This document shows positions 51,297-61,879 of a DNA stretch of 64,000 nucleotides, one piece after another; within the stretch, counting starts at the first letter, position 1, and every line of letters begins with the position of its first letter. Source of the stretch: Eledone cirrhosa (taxonomy: Eukaryota); assembly GCA_964016885.1 (NCBI GenBank), contig OZ024747.1, positions 47,740,001-47,804,000 of the forward strand. Reading direction: 5' to 3'. The notes beneath the pieces were generated by a model. The model ran no database searches, was not told where the DNA came from, and saw nothing but the letters and a program-made list of their open reading frames with translations. The position numbers were made by a program, and so were the translations under genes.

Positions 51297-54200
51297 TGAG
51301 TGTGTGTACATGTGTATGTGTATCATCATTTAATGTCAACTTTCCCATGGACAGGTCCTTTCCTGCACAACTTCTTTCCACTTATGATGGGCTTCCCTTC
51401 CATCTACCAAATTCCACTCAAGGCATTGGTCAGCCATAAGTCTATAGTAGAAGACACTTGCCCCAAGGTGCCACACAGTTGGATCAAACCCAAAGCAAAA
51501 GCAAAGTGGTTGCAAAATAAACTTGTAAACCACACAGCCATGCTTGCACATAAGGACATCATCATTTTTACATCTAAATTTCCATGCTGGTATGTGCTGT
51601 CAGGATGGTTTGAGACAATGTTTTACAACCGGAAGCCCATCTTGATATCAACTGTTTTTGCCACTTCTTATGAAACGCAGCATACAGTGTACCAACTCTA
51701 AAAACACAATTCTAATAGACACATGACATGAAAATTAAATCTTTAGAGTTATAGGTAAAATAAGTACAATAAACAGCAAGAACAACAGGTGTGAACATAC
51801 CTCGTTCTGTTTCATCCAGCTCAAAGTAAAATACCTGTCGCAGGTGTGATTCATCATTCTTGCCATCATCAGCCCAGGTAACGGTCTTCTTTGGTCTTCG
51901 GCGCACTAAAGCAGCTTGTACTGCTGAGCTGCTGTCATTGGAGTTGTCTGGTGGTTCTTCACTGATACCATCTCGATTGGAGGGGGATTCCTCATTTACT
52001 TTAAATACAACAAACAGATATGTTAGATAGGACAGAGGAGAGGAAGGCAGCCAGTGAGGAGAGGGGGTGGGGGGGTATAAGGTGAACAGTGAAAGAAAAG
52101 AGAGAGACAAAGAGAAGGAGATATAAATGGACTATAAGAGAGATGTAAATAATGTCAATGTACATGGAGACACACACAGATGTAAATATGACAGGCTTCC
52201 TTATAGTTTCTGTCTTCCAAATTTCACTCACAAAGCCAGTAGTCAGCTGAGGCTGTTGTAGAAGTTACTTGCCCAAAGTGCCACACCACGGGGATCAAAC
52301 TCAAAACCATGTAGTTGTAAAGTGAACTTGTTAACCACACAGCCATTCCTTATCAGCTCAGTATTTTCATCTAACTGTTACAGAGTATATTGTGCTAAAG
52401 GCCCCCAACTTTGAGAAGGAGCAGTTCTCTTAGTATTTGCTCTCATCACACCATACACATGAAACGTTCAGTGATAACTTACAACCAAATACCCAATATG
52501 ACATCCTATGTGGACACAGACATGGCTGAGCAGTTAAGAAGATTGCTTTGTAATCATGAAATTTCAGGTTCAATCCCTCTGTGAAGTATGTTACATTTAG
52601 GAAGTTAACTATAGATGGTTGGATAATATCCATGAGCTTGGGTGGTCTTGCTTGGGGATCCAACCAGATCAGTTGGAGACAGATGCTTCTGACAGGACCC
52701 ACTGGAAGGAGTATTTGAGGACTCTGCCCCCACGATCCTCTCAGGAATAAATGGAAGAAGAAGAGCAGGCCAACGACGACTATATATTGGTGTCTATTGT
52801 AATTTTAAGCCCAAACTCCTTGAGTTTATTAGAGATTTCCTATATATAATGTAAGACTAATCATGTTAGATTTAAGCATGCCTGTGGAACAGTCACCCTC
52901 CAGGTATCAATACACTCAAATCTGACATTGACAGTTGAGGGGATGAGAAAAAATACAGCAGGACATACAGACAGACAGTGAAGAATAAAGACTGGGGGAC
53001 ATTAAAATGATCGACAAATGAAATGGTAAACAAAATATAAATGAAATTCATTTGCTTCGCCCACTTATTCCTGAGAGGGTCGTGGGGGGGGCAGAGTCCT
53101 CAAACACTCCTTCCAGTGTGTCCTGTCAGCAGCAACCCTATCCAACTGATCCGGCTGGATCCCCAAGCAACACCAGCCAAACTCATAGATGTTACCCAAC
53201 CACCTTGCTCGGGGTCTACCCCTGGATCTCCTGCCGGTTGATTTTGCCTGTAAAATCTGTCCAGCGATTCTTTCCTGAAACAATCTAACCACATGCCCAT
53301 CATATCAGACCGGTGATCTTTCAATTCGGAAAAGTAGCAGCTCTATCTGGAGTGACCCCCTGTTCTCCGAGCTACGCACTCTATCAAGTAACGTTACTCC
53401 AAAGACCCTTTGGAGGAACCTCATTTCGGCTGCTTGTATTCGTAACAAATGAAATTTATATTTTAAAATTACACTTAAACAGATTTAGCTGGCCTCATAG
53501 AAGGTTTCTTGTGTGTTTTAATAGGGTCTTCCATCCTATCATGAAAAGCAATATAAAATGAAATGTCTTTCTCAAGAACACATCACACCACCCAGTACAT
53601 GAATCAAACCTATCACCTTATGATTGTGAGTCCAATACCCTAAACATTAGGCTATAAACCTTCACTAAACAAGATACAGAAATATAGAGATAGATGAGAA
53701 AGGAAAAGGAAATAGATACCTTCTTCTTTCATTTCAACATCATTGTTGGCAGAATCACCATTTTTCTCTTCACATGGAGAACTCTCAGACTCAGCTTTCA
53801 CATCTTCTGTTGTCTCCAGGGTTTCACGATAAAACTACAAAAACAAACAAATCAAATCAAAAAAGATCCTCAATTTTTATTAAAAAATAACATTATATAT
53901 ATATATATAACGAAGGAAATGTGGTAAGGAACCAGGTGGACCATAACGCACCAAAGTACTCAATACTTAGGGAAGTAGAGAGGGTAATAGGAACAAGTAA
54001 GACCCCGACGGCTGAGCTCAAGCCGTTTCGACGGCTAATTCTGGACTGAAGAAAATTTATTCTGGCATTTAAATAGCCGAGCTTATCAAGGGGTAATTCC
54101 ATATATGGTCAAGGAGATAATCACCAGGATTGGTCACATCACAAGTTAGTAGTAAATCTGTGATGGCAAATTAGTGGGGGAAGGGGTAGCTAAACCTGCC

Positions 54201-55218
54201 GGTAGGAGAAAAAGGGAGAGGGGGTTTAGCTACCCCTTCCCCCACTAATTTGCCATCACAGATTTACTACTAACTTGTGATGTGACCAATCCTGGTGATT
54301 ATCTCCTTGACCATATATGGAATTACCCCTTGATAAGCTCGGCTATTTAAATGCCAGAATAAATTTTCATTCAGTCCAGAATTAGCCGTCGAAACGGCTT
54401 GAGCTCAGCCGTCGGGGTCTTACTTGTTCCTATATATATATATATATATATTATCTAAGATCAGCTGAGATATTTTATATATAAATATATACACACTATA
54501 AAGTGGTTGGTGTTAGGAAGGGCATCCAACCATAGAAAGTTTACAAAACAAGGAATTACGAGGGTAGGGTCCTTCAGTGTCGAAGGACATGACAACTTCT
54601 TCTCTGCACTTGCTAATGAGCATATGCAAGCGAGATACAGACTCTCCTTAACCTGTCTGGGATGTCAGTGGTCCCCACTTTAGTTCTGATTTGGTCTATG
54701 TAGCAAGGAAAGCAGACATTAAATGATGATAATGATGATATAATAATTAGGAGCAGGAACAAAGTATCAATATAACATCAATATATTTATTCACACGTGA
54801 TGCGTGTTTCATGATCGATCAGCTCAAGGTACAATCAGAAATAATCGGGCTCGGCTCTAGAATCAATAGCTCATCAGTAGTCTGAACCACATATTAGCAT
54901 TGAGTGCTCATCAGTAACTAAACATTACACACCAACACACTATATTATATATATAAGTTTATAAAGAAAAGGCTTCTACAGAACTAGAACTGTTTCAATT
55001 GTATGAACAGTTCTAGTCTTGTAGAAGCCTTTTCTTTATAAACTTCTGTTTTCACTCTACACATGTATTGAGTACCTAACTAGGGGTCTACCTATATATA
55101 TATATATATATCATCATCATCATCATCATTGTTTAACGTCTATCTTCCATGCTAGCATGGGTTAGATGGGAGTTGTCCCAATTTGAGGCAAGATTGGTCA
55201 GGTGACCGTGTCTCGCTC

Positions 55219-55278
<60 letters not shown>

Positions 55279-58200
55279 ATATGTTAGGAAAAAGCCGAGT
55301 TACGTCACAGGGTCTACAAGAGCAGATTAGAGATATTATCTGCTCCAATCACTCCCTCGCTTTACGTTGTTACTTAATAAATCCTCAGAGAATAAATACA
55401 ATATTTAGAATTTGTAATGATACTAATATCAAAGAAAAGAAGAGGAAGAATTGAAAAGTTAACCTATGGGACTCCAGCAATTGTTGGTACTACATAAATA
55501 AGATAGCTTTTCTTTCTTTTCTTGGTCTTATTTGCGCCAGTCACCAATTTCAGGGCTGTGTTCACGAGTGAAGGAAGGTAGGAAGCTGAATTAAATTCAA
55601 GAATTGGAAAAGCTGATGCCGTAATGCGCCAGCTTCAGCATTCAGTAATCAGAAGAAGGGAGGTAGACGTAAAAGCCTAACTCGCTATCTTCAATTTGGT
55701 TTTCGTGCCAACCCTTGCCTATGGTCATGAATCTTGGGTAATGACCCAAAGAATATGATTGGAAATACAAATGGCCGAAACGGGATTCTTGCGAAGGGCC
55801 TTTGGAATAACGTTACTCGATAAAGTGCATAGCTCAGAGACCAGAGAGTCACTCCAGGTAGAGCCACTACTTTTCAGAATTGACAGATCACAGCGCTGAT
55901 ATTATAAGCATGTGGTTAGAATGTCTCAGGAAAAAAGCGCTGGACAGATTTTATAGGCAAAACCAACCGGCAGGAGATCCAGACGTAGACCCCTAAGCAA
56001 GATAGTTGGATAACATCCATGGGCTTGGGGATCCAGCCAGATCAGATGGATAGGGTTGCTTCTGACAGGACCCGCTGGGGGGACTGTTTGAGGACACTAT
56101 GACCCTCTCAGGAAAAAGTGGACGAAGTAGAAGAAGATAAATAAGATATGTCATTGACTGGGAAACAGTTAATCTATAGATCAAAGGGGGTCATATAAGT
56201 GATGGGAGTGGCTACTGTGGTAAAAAAATAGATAATAAATTCATTAATTTTAGTAGTATCAGCATGACAGTTACAGATAGAGAAGCTGAAATGGTGGAGT
56301 TGGCATTACTTGTCTATGTAATAAACCTGGCAACTTGAAAGAGATAGAAATAGAGAAAAATGGAGGTAGAGTAATAGGTTCTAATCATGGGTTAGCTAGG
56401 ATTATAATTAGAAAATGTTTTTAGGTATTTGTGCTTACAGTTGAATATCATATTCTGTTTAGAAATTAGGAATTTCTTTACTGTCGAAATTTCTAGTACT
56501 TCCATTACACAATAATCACATTCGTTCTTTTCTGTCGATAGGGGTGGGTGAATTGTAGAATGGATCATGACAGTTTATATTCTATTTTTTCATTTTTTAA
56601 TTCCCATTTTTTTTCAAGCAAACTAAGTAATACTAGATGGCATCATACTATATGATTGGCATAGCAGCATCATTGTCAACTGCTACAAAGATAAAGGAGA
56701 TGCACTAGATAGAGGAAACTATAGACGTATAAAGCTGATGGACCAGGTCGTGAAAGTAACAGAAAGAGTTATAGCACAGCTGATTAGGAAATAGGTTAAT
56801 CTAGATGAGATGCAGCTTGGATTTGTACCAAGCAAAAGCACCACAGATACTTTCCATCCTTTAGAAGTGGTTGCAGGAGAAGTAACTGGCATTTGTTAAT
56901 CTTGAGAAAGCTTTTGACAGAGTCCCCCATGCCATTATCTGGTGGGCTCTTAGAAAACTATGAGCAGAAAAGTGGCTTGTGAAAGCAGTACAAGTCATAT
57001 ATAGGGGAGCAGTCAGCAAAGTTAGGATTAACAACGACTATAGCAAGAAATTTAGCATGCAGGTTGTCGTCCACCAGGGCTCTGTTCTTAGCCCTCTTCT
57101 GTTTATTATCATTCTGCAGGCTATAACGGAGAAGTTTAAGATTGGCTGCCCATGGGAACTCCTGTACACAGATGGTCTTACACTCATAGCTGAATCTATG
57201 GTGGAACTAGAGAAGAAATTCCAAACATGAAAGCAGGGCCTAGAAAGAAGGGGTCTGAAAGTCAACCTGACAAAGACTACGGTCCTAGTAACTAGAAAGG
57301 AAAACAGAGCCATGATCCCCTCAGGGAAATGACCTTGCTCAGTGTGTATGAAAAGTGTAGGTAGAAACTCCATCCTCTGTTTCAAATGCCAACTATGGGT
57401 ACAGAAGAGATGAAGTGGAATCTCAGGTAGTTTAGTTAAGAACGTAGCAGACGACCACAGGAAACAAGTGCTATCAAATTCTGGGAAGGTTCGGTAGAAA
57501 CGGTAGACAGCTTCTGCTACCTAGGTAGCAGGTGACTGAATTAGCAGCAGAGGTGGGTGCTCTGAAAGTACAGTAGCCAGAGTCAGGATGGGATGGAAGA
57601 ACTTCAACAAGCTACTACTGCTGCCAGCTACAAAAAGGCTTTTCCCTCAAAATGAAAGACAGATTGTACGATGCGTGCATACAAATAGCAATGTTGCATG
57701 GTAGCTAGAACAGGGTGCCGTGTGCAAAGGACTTACAAAGATTGGAAAGAAATAAAGCTTGCATGTTCCGATGGATGTGTAATAGTAATATACATGAACA
57801 GCATAGCATAAACAAACTGAGAGAGAAACTAGGCATAATAGGAATCAGATGCAGTGTGCAGGAGAGGAGATTGCATGTGATGGTTATGAAGGATGACAGC
57901 TGTATAAAAAGGTGCAGAGTACTCAAAGTTGATAGAAGCTACGGAGTAGGAAGACCCAGGAAGATTTGGGTTGAAGTAATAAAAGCTGACCTTGCACAAT
58001 TGCACCTCTCTAAGGCAATGACACAGGACCAGGATCTCTGGCGTTATGCAGTAATATAGAAGACCTGCCTTCCTATGAGCACAGGCTGAAGCATACATCT
58101 GTTATACACCACTTTCACCTTCATCCCCCGCTTCCAGACACCTTCCACATCCTAACACTTGGCCCCTCACACATACCCATATACCCACCTCCCTATTCCC

Positions 58201-58506
58201 CAGACACACAGCCCACACTGTAAATTGGTCATGATTGGCGACATGGCAAAAAGCACCCAGTACTTTCACTATAAATGTGGTTGGCATTAGGAAGGCCATC
58301 CAGCTGTAGAAACCAGGCCAAAATTAGTTATGTATGAGCAAGACGTGGTTATCTGACCTCAACTTACCTCATATAGGACAACCCATCTAACCCAAGCAAG
58401 CGTGGAAAATGAATGTTAAACAATGATGATGATATGCATACATATCAATATTGTCGGGAGATTGGAATAGTGTTCTCTTGCACACGTCTTGCCACATGTT
58501 GTGCTC

Positions 58507-58565
<59 letters not shown>

Positions 58566-59925
58566 TGTGGTTGTCTGTCTGTCTATCGATTTTTGGCACA
58601 CATCTCCTCTTAGAATCTCTGACGGAATTGCACCGAAATTGCTATACTTGTACATTGAGCCCTAGCGAAGACATCGGAAAAAAAATATTTCAAATTGACC
58701 CACCCTATGTGACGAAATCGAATATAATGTATCGATTTTTGAGCGTAAGTTATCAGTTATTTCCCTTTGTTCTGTTTACATTGAGCGTCTTACGTAAAAA
58801 ATTACGCTGGCTTTCTCAGCGTTTAAAATGACATTAACACAATACACGAACAGTTGTCGAGCCAGCAAAATATTGACCTGCAAAATTCATCAGTTCGAAC
58901 ACTAAGCTTCCGTTTTGCTTCATTTCCATTTAAAAGCATTTTAAAACAATATTTTTACTTGAAAACAAGTCTATTTAAAGACTACGTAAAACAAGCAAAT
59001 ATTTCGTCTTTAGGCGTGCAGACAGACAGTCGTGCAGACAGACAGTCGTGCAGAGAGGTGATATACGCGTGCAGACAGACAGTCGTGCAGACAGACAGTC
59101 GTGCAGAGAGGTGATATACGATATAGGCGTGCAGACAGACAGTCGTGCAGAGAGGTGATATAGGCGTGCAGACAGACAGTCGTGCAGAGAGGTGATATAG
59201 GCGTGCAGACAGACATAACTGATAATTTGGTTACGCTAATGTTTTTCTCTGCGTTGCAGTGTTCACATTTTCGATCTTTGTTAATAAATAACCAGTGCAG
59301 TTTCTATCCCCAGCATCCTCTTTTGTTATAACATTCGGGTTATCGTTATGTTTTCTTAACTTCATAAGGCATATTATTGGTTGAGGGAATATTAATCAAA
59401 AACACCACATGCAAGTCTGCACAGTAGACACTACAGTTTTTAAGCCAAGAAAGAAACTTAACATTGTAACTTTAACACAGCTACTGAGCGACCCCGAGCA
59501 ACGCCGGGCTTTACTGCTAGATAATATAAGATCAAAAGATGGTTAAAAGAGTTCCATGTATTTTATTATGCGCATTTCAAAAACAAATATCATCATGGGA
59601 TGATATTTGCGTTCTCATCAGATAAAATAGGGAGACATGATATGAAGCTTAAAAAACACTTGCGAGCAGTGAAGTATTGTAGATTTAACACTTCACTGCT
59701 CGCAAGTGTTTTTTAAGCTTTGTATCATGTCTCCCTATTTTATCTGATGAGAACGCAAATATCATCCCATGATGATATTTGTTTTTGAAATGCGCATAAT
59801 AAAATACATGGAACTCTTTTAACCATCTTTTGATCTTATATTATTTATACTCCAGTCCTATAAACTGTTGAGTGCTACTTATCCGATATTTGCATTGCTT
59901 TATTGTGCTACAATAAAACTCACCT

Positions 59926-59974
<49 letters not shown>

Positions 59975-61847
59975 GAAAAATTTGAACAGGGACAAAACAG
60001 AGAGGCAGTACAATAAATGTTTATTAATTTCACGCTCAGGAGAGTGGGGATATGAGAAGATAAGGCTTCACTTTATATTGGTAAAACCACATTTGTGTGG
60101 AATGATTATGTAAACTATCATGAAAGAAGAGCTTACCAGATTTTTTTTTTCTCTATGGGGTTAATGGAGTTTTGTAATATAATTTTCCAGATGTTAAATC
60201 TGGTTCCAGATGTTAAATCAAGGTTCCAAGAATTCAGAGTAATTTGTTTTTCCTAATACAATATTTTTATATATTGCTCCCAGTCCCACACTGTAAATGT
60301 GGTTGGTGTTAAGAAGGGCATCCAACTGTAGAAAACCTGCCAGACAGTCCTATGCGAGCAAGACAATCACTCTTGCCTCAAGTGGAAATACCCCCGTCCA
60401 AACCCATTCAAGCGTGGAACATGGACGTTAAACGTTGATGATGATGATTGGGTTGGCAAGAAAGTAATTTCGTTTTTCGCAAATAGATAGTTACGATTTT
60501 TTTTTAATGACTTTTATCGATGTTATGATTTTTTTCCTTTGACATTTGATAGCCGTTACTTTAGCTTACTTTAGAAGCAAATTGCGCGTAATTTTGTTTA
60601 CAGCTGTTAGTTCAGTGTCAATTTTAACATGGAATTTCAAAACAAACATTTTCGCCATATTTTACGTTTTTTTATTTCCATAAAGGCAAGAAAGCTGCTG
60701 AGGCTCACAAGGGGATATGCGAAATTTATGGTGTTGATAGCTTAACAGAACATACATGTCATAAATGGTTTTAAAGATTCCGTTCTGGAGATTTTTCACT
60801 CAAAGAAGACCAACGTTCTGGTCGACCTACTGAGGTTGATGATGACTGAATCAAAGCCATAATTTAATCTGATTCTCATATAACTGTGCAAGAGATTGCA
60901 GAGAGGTTAAATGTATCACACACAACAAGTGAAAATCACTTAAAATGTCTTGGACTTGTTAAGAAGCTCGATATTTAGGTTCCACATAAATTGAAAGAGA
61001 TTCACTTAACACAACAAATCAATCATGCATCTCAAATGCAATGAAATCAACCTTTTTTTTAAACGAATCATCACTGGTGATGAAAAATGGATTGTCTACA
61101 ATAACATCAATCGAAAACGATCATGTTCCATGCATAATGAACCAGCACAAACCACATTGAAAACTGAATTGCATTAAAAAGGATTGTGCTGTCAATTTGG
61201 TGGGATTACAAAGGTGTTGTGTATTTTGAGCTGCTTCCAAGGAACCAAACGATCAATTCAGATGTTTACTGTCAACAACTAATGAAACTGGAGGAAGCAA
61301 TCAAAGAAAAACAGCCAGAATTGGCAAATCGTAAAGGAATCGTGTTCCACCATGACAACGCTAGACCACACACGTCTTTGTTAACTCGTGATGTCACATC
61401 CACCATCAGATTACCATTTATTTAGAAGTTTGCAAATTTTTTTAATGATAAAACTTTTAATAATGATGATGATCTGAAATCGCACTTGCATCAGTTTTTG
61501 GCTGATAAGGTTCTATGAGCGCGGAATCAAGAAGTTGCCAAAAAGATGGCAAAAGGTCATCAAACAAAATGGAAAATATATAATTGATTAAAGTTCGTTC
61601 TTTGTATGAAAAAAATGAGTTTTATTTCACACTAAAAAACTGAAATTACTTTCTTGCCAACCCAATATATATATATATATAGTTATGTAATAAACAACAT
61701 AAGGTAATTATTTCATTTACCAGTGGTTTCTTGAAAGCAAACAAATCTGCTTTCAGTCATCAGAATCTGTAAACTACATAGAGCACTCTTTTTTCCTGGA
61801 CCTTTCCGATGGAATTACTTCATTTATATATATATATCATGATTTTG

Positions 61848-61879
<32 letters not shown>

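Larger units (their letters stand above)
53988..54432. repeat. Near-perfect 210-bp inverted repeat (hammerhead-bearing)
   Basis: 53988-54197 versus 54223-54432, spacer about 25 nt, (TA)n flanks. Confidence 0.92.
59521..59927. repeat. Palindrome of PLE terminal repeat family F3
   Basis: Arms 59521-59678 and 59687-59845; the right arm continues to aaactcacctcct then (TA)n, the same end as at 3785. Confidence 0.9.

Noticed and set aside
54790-54920. Two minus-strand CTGATGA motifs followed by GAAACACG
   Set aside because: No matching helix I, and the predicted cleavage position is G or mispaired; at best a decayed hammerhead.
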